From NCBI GenBank assembly GCA_048885525.1, contig JBHLLP010000041.1:1-30632 (forward strand): 30,632 nucleotides of DNA, in the 5' to 3' direction. Origin of the DNA: Candidatus Hermodarchaeota archaeon. GTDB taxonomy: Archaea; Asgardarchaeota; Lokiarchaeia; Sigyniarchaeales; SOKP01. Below are positions 9,462-20,096 of this stretch, piece by piece. The position numbers were made by a program, and so were the translations under genes. Each line of letters begins with the position of its first letter. Positions within the stretch are counted from its first letter, which is position 1. The notes below the pieces were generated by a model. The model had not been told where the DNA came from. It did no database searches and worked only from the letters and a program-made list of their open reading frames with translations.

Positions 9462-10652
9462 ATGATTACTAGGGAAAAAATTAAATTGTGTGCTGAAAAT
9501 ATTACCAAAAGTGTAAATATGAAAAAAGAAGGCGAATTCATTATAATAAGAGGAGCTCACTATTGTCAGGACCTCCTAGAAGAAATAGGTTTAAATGTTC
9601 TTAGAAAAGGAGGAATCCCGCATATTTATTCCGTTAGTGATTATTTTGAGGAATCAATGTGGCAAGATGAACAAATTAAAGCGAAAACATTACAAACAAC
9701 GCCACTACATTATCTGGAGATGATTAAAAAAAGTGATGCTTATATAGTAATTGAGTATCCTGAAGATCCTTTAATTCGTAATAAAGCACCAGAAGAAAAA
9801 CTAAAAGCTTATTTCAAAGGAATTGCTCCATTACGAGAAGTGTTGTATGGACATAAGGAAGAGTATGCTCCTGGAAAGAAATGGTGTTATGCTGCTTGGC
9901 CATCTAGGAAAGCGGCAGATTACTACAATATTGATTATGACTTATTTGAAAAATTTATTTTAGATGGAATGTGTATTCAATCAGAAGAATTACATAAAAT
10001 CACTCAGAATGTGGGAAAATATTTTGAAAATGCTAAAAAGGTTTATATCAAGGATAACTTTGGCACAAATTTTTGGGTTTCAATAGAAAATCGCCCTAAA
10101 ATCCTTGATGATGGTATAATTTCAGATGAACAGATCGCTATCGGAGATTTAGGGGGAAATTTACCCGCTGGTGAAGTTTTTTTCCCTCCACATGAAAAAC
10201 AGGGAGAAGGGAAGATATTTTGTCCATTGACAAAGGAAAGATATTATTCAGAAGAAATCTTGAAAAACGTAGAATTAGTTTTCAAAGATGGAAAATTAAT
10301 GATTGATAAAGTTTCTGCAGATTCCAATATTGATAAACTTTTAACAAGTTTTAAACTAAGGGAAGAACTTGATAAGGAAAGTAATGTAAAAGAATTAAGA
10401 ACTTACAATATTGCAGAGCTTGGTATTGGATGTAATCCAATAATTACTAAAGCAATAGGATATATACTTACAGACGAAAAAATTGGAGGAAGTGTTCATG
10501 TAGCATTTGGATCAAACAATCATATGGGAGGTACTTCGGTATCACAAATGCATTGGGATTTTGTTACAGCACCAGAAGCGAATATAACAGTAGAATATAT
10601 AGATGGTACTGAAAAACGTATAATGGAGAATGGAAGATTAACTGAAGAATAG
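9462..10652 (+). CDS. Aminopeptidase, peptidase family M29 (AmpS/AmpT-like)
   Basis: Metal-ligand motifs NLPAGEVF, ELGIGCNP, DEKIGGSVHVAFG and SQMHWD. Confidence 0.9.
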   Translation: MITREKIKLCAENITKSVNMKKEGEFIIIRGAHYCQDLLEEIGLNVLRKGGIPHIYSVSDYFEESMWQDEQIKAKTLQTTPLHYLEMIKKSDAYIVIEYPEDPLIRNKAPEEKLKAYFKGIAPLREVLYGHKEEYAPGKKWCYAAWPSRKAADYYNIDYDLFEKFILDGMCIQSEELHKITQNVGKYFENAKKVYIKDNFGTNFWVSIENRPKILDDGIISDEQIAIGDLGGNLPAGEVFFPPHEKQGEGKIFCPLTKERYYSEEILKNVELVFKDGKLMIDKVSADSNIDKLLTSFKLREELDKESNVKELRTYNIAELGIGCNPIITKAIGYILTDEKIGGSVHVAFGSNNHMGGTSVSQMHWDFVTAPEANITVEYIDGTEKRIMENGRLTEE

Positions 10653-10663
10653 TTATTATATAT

Positions 10664-11173
10664 TTAATACTTTATGAATTCTTTCTGAAATAATTCTTCT
10701 AGAAATTGAATAATTTTCTCTAAGACTTTTTCTTTAAATTTAATACGATCTGTTTTGAAATTGTATTTAAGAATAGATGTCTCTTTTTTAGTCGAGATGC
10801 CTATAAACACAAGTCCCACTGGTTTTTCTGGTGTTCCTCCAGTTGGTCCAGCAATACCACTAATACCAATTCCTATATCAACATTTGAAAGAAATCTTAT
10901 ATTATTAGCTAGATCTTTAACGACATTTTCTGAGACAGCACCAAATTTTTCAATTGTTCCCGGATCTACATTGAGTAGATCTATTTTTGCTTGATTACTA
11001 TAACAGACGATTCCTCTCTCAAAGACTTTTGATGCTCCAGAAATATTTGTAAACATATGTGATATGAAACCCCCTGTACAACTTTCAGCGATAGAAATCT
11101 TTAGGTTTACCTCTGAAAAATCGTTAATGAGTTTTTCAATTCTTTTTAATATATCCATAATTTCAATTACCAT
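10664..11173 (-). CDS. pncC: Nicotinamide-nucleotide amidohydrolase (CinA C-terminal / PncC)
   Basis: Motifs IAESCTGG, SGAS..F..G.V.YSN.AK, GAVSE and GIAGPTGGTPEKPVGLV. Confidence 0.92.
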   Translation of the reverse strand: MVIEIMDILKRIEKLINDFSEVNLKISIAESCTGGFISHMFTNISGASKVFERGIVCYSNQAKIDLLNVDPGTIEKFGAVSENVVKDLANNIRFLSNVDIGIGISGIAGPTGGTPEKPVGLVFIGISTKKETSILKYNFKTDRIKFKEKVLEKIIQFLEELFQKEFIKY

Positions 11174-11622
11174 TAAATGTTAAATTTTTTCCCACATGAA
11201 CCGCAAAATACTGTCCCCTCATTTAAAGATTTACCGCAATAAGGACAATGCCATTTTGTTATTAATTTTGGAGAAGGAGTTAAAGTTTTATAAATTTCTG
11301 ATTCTTTTTCTCCAAATGGTTTATAATCTAGATTTTTTTCAAAAGTTTTATCAAAACATCTTGGACAATAATTTTTCTTCTGAAATATATAATAGATAAG
11401 ATATGGATTTATAATCAAGAAACCCCACATAAAGAAGATAAAAAGAAAAACCTCTGAAAAAATTGAAAAAGAAAGAATAGAGATTATGGTAAATATAATA
11501 AACATCATTATAGCAAAAAATCCAAACATTTTAATATTAAATCTTGGTCGAGTAGGAAACACATTCATGCAACAACTTTTACAAAAAGCCATTTCGTTTA
11601 TATTTTGAACCATAAATCTCAA
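11173..11622 (-). CDS. LITAF-like Zn-knuckle membrane protein with C-terminal zinc ribbon
   Basis: CKSC, a long hydrophobic hairpin, YCPRC, then CPYCG-x9-CGSCG. The start may be ATG 11592 (MAFCKSC). One-base TAATG overlap with pncC. Confidence 0.6.
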   Translation of the reverse strand: MRFMVQNINEMAFCKSCCMNVFPTRPRFNIKMFGFFAIMMFIIFTIISILSFSIFSEVFLFIFFMWGFLIINPYLIYYIFQKKNYCPRCFDKTFEKNLDYKPFGEKESEIYKTLTPSPKLITKWHCPYCGKSLNEGTVFCGSCGKKFNI

Positions 11623-11753
11623 TGTTAAAATGAATTGTTATTATATATAAATTAATAACAAATAAAATTAAATAAAAAAATATTATTGTATACTTTTGAT
11701 AAATATTGCATTATAAACAGAAATAAATAAAAATTAATGACCGAGTGATTTAA

Positions 11754-12293
11754 ATGGGAAAAAATAGTACTGCTAAAGGATTCGTATTTAAAATAACTGT
11801 AATTGGGAATGGTGCTGTCGGGAAAACCTCCTTAATTAAAAAATATACTCAGGGTAGTTTTCAAAAAGATTATATTAAAACATTAGGTGCCCAATTTTCC
11901 AAATATGATGAAGAAATTGAGGGGGATAATTGTAAATTGTTTTTTTGGGATATTGCAGGGCAAGATGAGTTTAATTTTATGCGTCCTACGTTTTATAAGG
12001 GGAGTAAGGCTGCAATTATTGTATTTTCTCATACTGATGAAGATAGTTATGACAATATTGTAGATTGGCATGAAGATATTAAAAAATACACTGGTGAGCT
12101 CCCTATTGTTTTGTTTGGTAATAAAACGGATTTAGTTGATGAAGATAATTTAGATGATGAAAAAGTAACAGAATTAGTAGATGAAAGGAACTTTCTTGGT
12201 TATTATAAGACATCTGCAAAGACGGGGCAAGGAGTATTCGAAGCATTTCAAGCAATAATAAAAGAGTTATACAACAAATATAAAGAAGATTAG
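11754..12293 (+). CDS. Rab-like small GTPase (Ras superfamily), no prenylation motif
   Basis: G1 GNGAVGKTS, switch I YIKTLG, G3 WDIAGQ, G4 NKTD, G5 TSAK. Confidence 0.93.
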   Translation: MGKNSTAKGFVFKITVIGNGAVGKTSLIKKYTQGSFQKDYIKTLGAQFSKYDEEIEGDNCKLFFWDIAGQDEFNFMRPTFYKGSKAAIIVFSHTDEDSYDNIVDWHEDIKKYTGELPIVLFGNKTDLVDEDNLDDEKVTELVDERNFLGYYKTSAKTGQGVFEAFQAIIKELYNKYKED

Positions 12294-12296
12294 AAA

Positions 12297-12596
12297 ATGT
12301 ATGATGATATCAATCAAGGATATCCAAAGATATTATTTTTCTCTTCAAATCACTGTGCTCCGTGCAAACCAGTTGAAGAAATGTTAAAGAAAATAAATAT
12401 TTCCTTGTTTGGTAAAAAATTATTAATAGAGAAAATTTCAATCGACCTTGAAGAAAATCGTAAATTTACTCAGGAATATCATATTACTTCAGTTCCCACA
12501 TTGATTATAGCAGATAAAAAAATATCTGTAAATATTCAAGAAGAAGAAATCATAGATGCAATTCTTTATGCATTTATATCTTCAGTTAAAATATAA
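12297..12596 (+). CDS. Thioredoxin-fold protein
   Basis: CAPC active site and cis-Pro motif ITSVPTLII. Confidence 0.88.
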   Translation: MYDDINQGYPKILFFSSNHCAPCKPVEEMLKKINISLFGKKLLIEKISIDLEENRKFTQEYHITSVPTLIIADKKISVNIQEEEIIDAILYAFISSVKI

Positions 12597-12650
12597 TTAA
12601 AAAATAAAGAAAAAAAAATTTATAAAAAACCAAAAATAAGGTGAAATTTA

Positions 12651-13130
12651 ATGGATAGGCAATTACTCTCCAAAATTCTTGCCCAAATGAGAAAGAATTT
12701 AAAAGAAGGCAAAACAATAGGAGATATGAAAGTTGGAGCCTTATTAGCTTTAGGTCATCAATTAGAAGCTATTTTTTACTATTTAGGACATGAATTAGGA
12801 ACTATCTTAAAAGTTAAGCCTGTAAAAGAAATAACTCAAATTCCAGATGAATTAAAACGAATTATTGATGAATTCAATCTTGGAGCAGCTGAGATAACTG
12901 AAAGTACCGATGAAATAATACAATTAAAACTAAAAGATCATTCATCTATCAAAGACTTAATAAAAAAAGGAATTAAAACAACAGGAAGCTTTTGCTCGTT
13001 TGAAGCGGGATTATTAGCAGGAGTTGTAGAAAAGCTAAGTGATCGTCATTGTTTTGCCCAAGAACTTGGATGTAGTTTACAAACAGGGCAGAATTATTGT
13101 GAATTTATGCTCGTATTCCAAAAAGATTAA
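12651..13130 (+). CDS. Stand-alone V4R (4-vinyl reductase) domain protein
   Basis: IFYYLGHELG, FNLG and FCSFEAGLLAG...ELGC...G.NYCEF, with the typical V4R Cys/Glu metal ligands. Confidence 0.85.
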   Translation: MDRQLLSKILAQMRKNLKEGKTIGDMKVGALLALGHQLEAIFYYLGHELGTILKVKPVKEITQIPDELKRIIDEFNLGAAEITESTDEIIQLKLKDHSSIKDLIKKGIKTTGSFCSFEAGLLAGVVEKLSDRHCFAQELGCSLQTGQNYCEFMLVFQKD

Positions 13131-13381
13131 CTAATTTTAGTATTTTTTTGCTAATACTTTTTTTAAAAAAATTTTTATGCTAATAAAGGTTAAATTTTTA
13201 ATTTTACAGTATTATTAGAAAATTATTAATAAGTATAAACTATACTATGAATATAAAATAAAATTATGAGTTTATTACCATTTGATCCTTCATTTTATTG
13301 ATTTAAAAACTATAAAACATAATTTAAAAAAAAAATTAAATTTAATTACTCAACAAAAAAACCACTTTAATAAGAAGAGAT

Positions 13382-13915
13382 GTGAGGAGATTGGAACATA
13401 AATATATAATAAAGATTTGTTTACTGGGGGAAGCGAATGTAGGGAAAACATCATTAGTATATAGATTTATTGAAAATAAATTTAGGGAAAATTATAAATC
13501 AACCCTAGGTGTTAACCTTCTTAGGAAAGATTTGGAATTAAAAAAGTATGGTTTTGTTTCTGCCCAAATATGGGATCTAGGGGGTCAAGAGTCATTTAAA
13601 TCTCTTAGAAAGCTCTATTTGGAAGGTGCAAATGGAGCTCTCTTAGTTTACGACATGACTGATGAAAAAACTTTTGAAAAGCTTGATGAATGGGTTCAAA
13701 GTTTCAGAGAGGCTAGAATTGATGCTCCAATAATATTAATAGGAAACAAATCTGATTTGGAGAGTCAAATTAAAATAACCGAAAGTAAATCAAAAAAGTA
13801 TGCAAATACAAATAATTTAGGAATGGTAATTACTTCCGCTAAAACTGGTCTTAATGTTGAAGAAGCATTTATTGAGTTAACTACCAAAATTATAAATCAG
13901 ATTTCAGATGATTAA
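13382..13915 (+). CDS. Rab-like small GTPase, no prenylation motif
   Basis: G1 GEANVGKTS, YKSTLG, WDLGGQ, NKSD and TSAK. GTG start. Confidence 0.92.
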   Translation: MRRLEHKYIIKICLLGEANVGKTSLVYRFIENKFRENYKSTLGVNLLRKDLELKKYGFVSAQIWDLGGQESFKSLRKLYLEGANGALLVYDMTDEKTFEKLDEWVQSFREARIDAPIILIGNKSDLESQIKITESKSKKYANTNNLGMVITSAKTGLNVEEAFIELTTKIINQISDD

Positions 13916-14040
13916 AAATCTTTAAAAAGGTTTTTAGCTAATTTCTTTTCTTTCATTAATTTTTGTAAAATATTTTTTTTAGTATTTTAATAACTATCTA
14001 AATTTGGAGATTTGAGCTTTATTCTTTTTTAAATCTACCA

Positions 14041-14052
14041 CCTTTATAAAGG
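14041..14052 (+). promoter_or_regulatory. Candidate TATA box (within palindrome CCTTTATAAAGG) upstream of tbp
   Basis: TTTATAAA at 14043-14050 inside a perfect 12-bp palindrome, about 95 nt before the tbp ATG. Confidence 0.35.
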
Positions 14053-14146
14053 AAGATTTATTTAAATAAAATTAACAAAAAAACCTCGATATAAAGAATA
14101 TTTTAATTTTACAAATTTCAAATCACAATTATCACTTAATATTATC

Positions 14147-14842
14147 ATGTCAGATGAAGAATTTGAAGATGAATTTGATGAGTTTGAAGATGAAGACGAA
14201 TTCGAAGAGGAAGAAGAAGAAGAAGGAGAAGAAGGGGAATATGACTATGAGACTGACTTAGATTACAAAATAGAAAATGTTGTAGCAACAGTAACAGTAG
14301 AAATAACAGAAAAGATAGATCTCAACCAAATAGCAAGAAGACATGCCGAAGTTGAATATAATCCAGAACGTTTTCCCGGACTTGTAATGCGAATTGAAAA
14401 ACCACGTGCTACAATATTAATATTTTCTACGGGAAAAATGGTTGTTACGGGCCTTAGGCAAGCAGCAGAAGCAGAACGAGTTGTTGATAAGGTTGTAAAG
14501 AACATAAGAAAAGCAGGAATAAAATTATCTAATCCAGAAATTACTATTCAAAATATAGTAGCTTCGGGAGATCTCCATACTAACATTGATCTTAATATGG
14601 CAGCTATTGTAATGGAATACGCAATGTACGAACCAGAAGTATTTCCAGGTTTAATTTATCGTATGCAAGATCCAAAAACAGTATTTCTAATTTTCTCGAC
14701 AGGCAGGATTGTATGCACAGGTGCGAAGCAAAAAGAAATTGTGAGAGATGCTGTTTTAAAATTAAATCAACAAGTTAGAGAATTAGGAGTAGCAAGAAAG
14801 GATATTAGTGATTCAGATTATCAAGACATTACTTTTATCTAA
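14147..14842 (+). CDS. tbp: TATA-box binding protein with acidic N-terminal extension
   Basis: Two repeats: IENVVAT...EYNPERFPGLVMR...LIFSTGKMVVTG and IQNIVAS...YEPEVFPGLIYR...LIFSTGRIVCTG. Confidence 0.98.
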   Translation: MSDEEFEDEFDEFEDEDEFEEEEEEEGEEGEYDYETDLDYKIENVVATVTVEITEKIDLNQIARRHAEVEYNPERFPGLVMRIEKPRATILIFSTGKMVVTGLRQAAEAERVVDKVVKNIRKAGIKLSNPEITIQNIVASGDLHTNIDLNMAAIVMEYAMYEPEVFPGLIYRMQDPKTVFLIFSTGRIVCTGAKQKEIVRDAVLKLNQQVRELGVARKDISDSDYQDITFI

Positions 14843-14878
14843 TTTATTTTTATCCTTTTTTGCTTTATAACTTTTTTT
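14843..14878 (+). terminator. Oligo-T archaeal terminator candidate after tbp
   Basis: Several T6-T7 runs right after the stop, between convergent genes. Confidence 0.4.
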
Positions 14879-14923
14879 CCAAATTAAATAAGCCTATACC
14901 TACTGGAACTATTAAAAAGTATT

Positions 14924-15262
14924 TCAGATCGATTTCTTTGTGTTAATTGCTTTTATAGAATTAATGTATTCATTATAAAGTACTTCAAGCAATTTATATT
15001 CTTTAGCTTTGTTAAGTGCTAATAGAAACAGTTGATTGAGTGGTTTTTTGTTATTAATATCATATATATCATCTTGGAGACCTATTTTATCACTATATTG
15101 GTCCAAAAAATTACATATAATATACCTATTTTCATTTCTCATATTTATTTTATTTAGTGCTCCAAACATTCTTAGAATTAAAGGTGTTTGAAATCTAATT
15201 TTATTATGGTGCAATGATTGAAATACTTTAAGATATTCATTTCGTTTTAAGAAAACCGACAT
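14924..15262 (-). CDS. Hypothetical protein (helical, 112 aa)
   Basis: ATG-initiated ORF filling the gap, with TTTATAAA upstream. No recognised motif. Confidence 0.6.
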   Translation of the reverse strand: MSVFLKRNEYLKVFQSLHHNKIRFQTPLILRMFGALNKINMRNENRYIICNFLDQYSDKIGLQDDIYDINNKKPLNQLFLLALNKAKEYKLLEVLYNEYINSIKAINTKKSI

Positions 15263-15348
15263 AAATAAAGAATTTAAGCAATCCTTATTGAAAGGAAGTG
15301 TTACGAGGATATTATCTTTTATAAACTTGTCAAAAAGCTCTAGAGAAG

Positions 15349-15633
15349 TTAATATTCAAACATATAATCGAATTCTTTAAATTCTTTAGTAGCTTGTGAG
15401 AATTCATGTTGAACTTTTTCAACCCGAGCATGTTTAGGTCCAAGTTTTGAAAATTCTAAAAGCTCGTTTAATTTATCTTTTGGACCTTCAGCTTCGATAT
15501 AAACGGTTCCATCTGGTAAATTTTTAACATAACCAGTTAAACCTAATTTTCGTGCAAATTTCCGAGTAGTATAACGAAAAAATACGCCTTGTACATATCC
15601 AAATACTTTGATTTTTATCCTCAATTCATTCAT
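15349..15633 (-). CDS. acyP: Acylphosphatase
   Basis: Signatures VFGYVQGVFFR and GYVKNLPDGTV..EAEG. ATGA overlap with the upstream gene. Confidence 0.95.
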   Translation of the reverse strand: MNELRIKIKVFGYVQGVFFRYTTRKFARKLGLTGYVKNLPDGTVYIEAEGPKDKLNELLEFSKLGPKHARVEKVQHEFSQATKEFKEFDYMFEY

Positions 15634-16265
15634 ATCTTCAAATAGTAAAAATCTTTTTCAGAGTTATATCCTATAACTTCATTTTTTACAAGTGTTTCAA
15701 GAACATTAATCAACCATCTCTTATTTGTTTTTATCACTGTTTCAAAATCTTTAACACTTGCTGTGTCTTTTATCGCTAATAGAAATAGTATTTTACTTTT
15801 CACTGATAAGTGATTTGATTTTATAATATAGTTAAATTTTACTTCATAGTCATATTCTCGGGTTTTTAAAAAAGCGACTTCATTGCTTAATTTTATTATA
15901 ACTTCATCAGTGGTTCGGAAGGCATCTAAACTAATGAGAAACATACTTTCCAAGTGTTCTTTGAGTTTTTGTTCTTTTGTTTCTTTTTCTATTTCTTGAT
16001 TAAATTTTTCAAGAATTTCTAAGTAATCATTGCCATCATCATATCTGCTTAAAACTAAAACAAGTATCATTTCCTTATTTTCATTGTAATAAGACACCGA
16101 GTTCCAATTTTTCTCTTCTGTAATAATATAAGATTCAGTAAAGTTATGGGATATTGTTATTTGTTGAACTACTGGATCTGGGATCTCTAGATCTTCTGGG
16201 TATTTTAAATAAATTGTTCCCCCCTCAACTACATCCCAGCGAATAAGAAAAATTCCATTTGGCAT
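15630..16265 (-). CDS. uDENN/longin-like domain, coiled coil and winged-helix protein
   Basis: N-terminal GIFLIRWDVVEGGTIYLKYPEDL resembles the uDENN/NPR2 start. C-terminal KSKILFLL...SVKDFETVIKTNKRWLINVLETLVKNEVIGYNSEKDFYYL fits a wHTH. Confidence 0.55.
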   Translation of the reverse strand: MPNGIFLIRWDVVEGGTIYLKYPEDLEIPDPVVQQITISHNFTESYIITEEKNWNSVSYYNENKEMILVLVLSRYDDGNDYLEILEKFNQEIEKETKEQKLKEHLESMFLISLDAFRTTDEVIIKLSNEVAFLKTREYDYEVKFNYIIKSNHLSVKSKILFLLAIKDTASVKDFETVIKTNKRWLINVLETLVKNEVIGYNSEKDFYYLKI

Positions 16266-16477
16266 TAATTCTACGTTGGCATCTAATTTGATTTTTAATA
16301 ATTAAATAATAGTTTATTATTAAAAATTTAATTCTTATTTACCTAATTAATCAATTATGATATCGTAATATATATGATATATATTTGAAGGCAAGATAGT
16401 CCAATTAGACCTATCTTAAAGAGATTGCCTAAAAAAATAAATAATACAAAATTGATTTATTACATAGAGGATATTTT

Positions 16478-16753
16478 ATGAATGTATACTATGTATATAT
16501 TTTAGAAGTTTTGGCTAAATCTGGAAAAAGAAGTTATTACACTGGATACACTAACAATCTCTATAGGAGATGGCACGAACATCGTAATGGTACGGGAGCT
16601 AAATTTTGTCGCGGTAAAAAAAAAATTGAGTTAAAATATTTTGAAACTTATACAAATAGAAAAGAAGCAATCAAAAGGGAATTGCAGATAAAAACATTTT
16701 CGAGAAAAGAAAAACGAGAATTAATAAAGAGTATAAGTGATAAAATATTGTAG
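16478..16753 (+). CDS. GIY-YIG nuclease family protein (UPF0213-like)
   Basis: YYVYIL, YTGYTNNLYRRWHEHRNGTGAKF and EAIKRELQIK..SRKEK. Confidence 0.92.
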   Translation: MNVYYVYILEVLAKSGKRSYYTGYTNNLYRRWHEHRNGTGAKFCRGKKKIELKYFETYTNRKEAIKRELQIKTFSRKEKRELIKSISDKIL

Positions 16754-17575
16754 TTGATTACGTTCTTGAACAATAAAAATTTTTTAATCTGTTTAGTAGG
16801 ATTACCTGCCTCGGGTAAAAGCACATTTGCAAAACTATTAAAATTTGCAATTGAAAAAAAATATAATAATTCGAAGGTAAGGATCATTGATCCTGACATA
16901 ATTAGACTGAATTTGACTGCAAATAAGTTTGATTATAAAAAAGAACATATTATTAGAAAAGAGAACCTTAAAAAAATAAAAACTGAATTAGAGAAAGGTT
17001 ATATTGTAATTAGTGATGATTTAAACTATTACTCCAGTATGAGACACGATTTAAAAGATATTGCTGATACTCTTGGCATTGATTTTTTCATTATTCATAT
17101 AGCTACTCCCATTGAAATTTGTATGAATTGGAATGTAAAAAGAGGTGAACCTATTCCAAACATGGTTATAAAAAGAATCTATGAAAGATTTGACAATTTT
17201 AATAGATATAAGTGGGATGTTGCTGATGCGATATATGATCTTTCACAAATGATTGAGCTAAATCCATTTGTTGAAGATTTTCTAGAGAAGGTCCTTGTAA
17301 AAGAATATGATAAAAAATGTGAAATTAAATCTATAGAAATGAAAAAAAGAACTTCAAATTTAGACAATGAAAATCTAGATAAAATAACAAGGATTTATGT
17401 AGGAAGACTTTTGCATCAATCCAGTTATTTACCATTAAAAAAGAGAATTATTAAACTAAGAAAAATTTTTGTGAAACAAAATAAAAATAGAACATTTAGT
17501 GAATTAGAGATATCAAAGTCATTTAGATTTTTTTTAGAAAAAAATTTAAACGTCGAAATAAATGAAGATCTCTAA
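16754..17575 (+). CDS. pstK: L-seryl-tRNA(Sec) kinase (PSTK) / KTI12-like P-loop kinase
   Basis: LVGLPASGKST, DPDIIR, ISDDLNYYSSMRHDL, WNVKRGEPIP and YKWD, with a C-terminal helical domain (LDKITR). TTG start at 16754 or 16766. Confidence 0.75.
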   Translation: MITFLNNKNFLICLVGLPASGKSTFAKLLKFAIEKKYNNSKVRIIDPDIIRLNLTANKFDYKKEHIIRKENLKKIKTELEKGYIVISDDLNYYSSMRHDLKDIADTLGIDFFIIHIATPIEICMNWNVKRGEPIPNMVIKRIYERFDNFNRYKWDVADAIYDLSQMIELNPFVEDFLEKVLVKEYDKKCEIKSIEMKKRTSNLDNENLDKITRIYVGRLLHQSSYLPLKKRIIKLRKIFVKQNKNRTFSELEISKSFRFFLEKNLNVEINEDL

Positions 17576-17667
17576 TAAATAGTTTATTATAAAAATTAAA
17601 GAAAAAGAAAATAAACCATCATTTACTTATTTTTTATAGAGTTAAAATTATATTTTTTAAAAATTAG

Positions 17668-19968
<2,301 letters not shown>

Positions 19969-20096
19969 CTAACATTTCTATTATCTATTTTTGATCTACC
20001 TACATATGGTATATAAAATCCCTTATTAATTTTGTAAAATTTTATTAGAGACATTATCTAATTATTATTATTCAAATAATTTAAGAGAGTTTTGAA

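Noticed and set aside
11754-11771. MGKNST as an Arf-like N-myristoylation signal
   Set aside because: The motif is very short, there is no amphipathic N-terminal helix, the core is Rab-like, and N-myristoyltransferase is not established in archaea.
14150-14240. GAA-rich tandem repeat as a non-coding repeat array
   Set aside because: It is fully explained by the Glu/Asp tract of TBP.
16478-16753. GIY-YIG gene as a homing endonuclease or mobile element
   Set aside because: It is a stand-alone 91-aa UPF0213-type protein with no DNA-binding extension, intron or terminal repeats.
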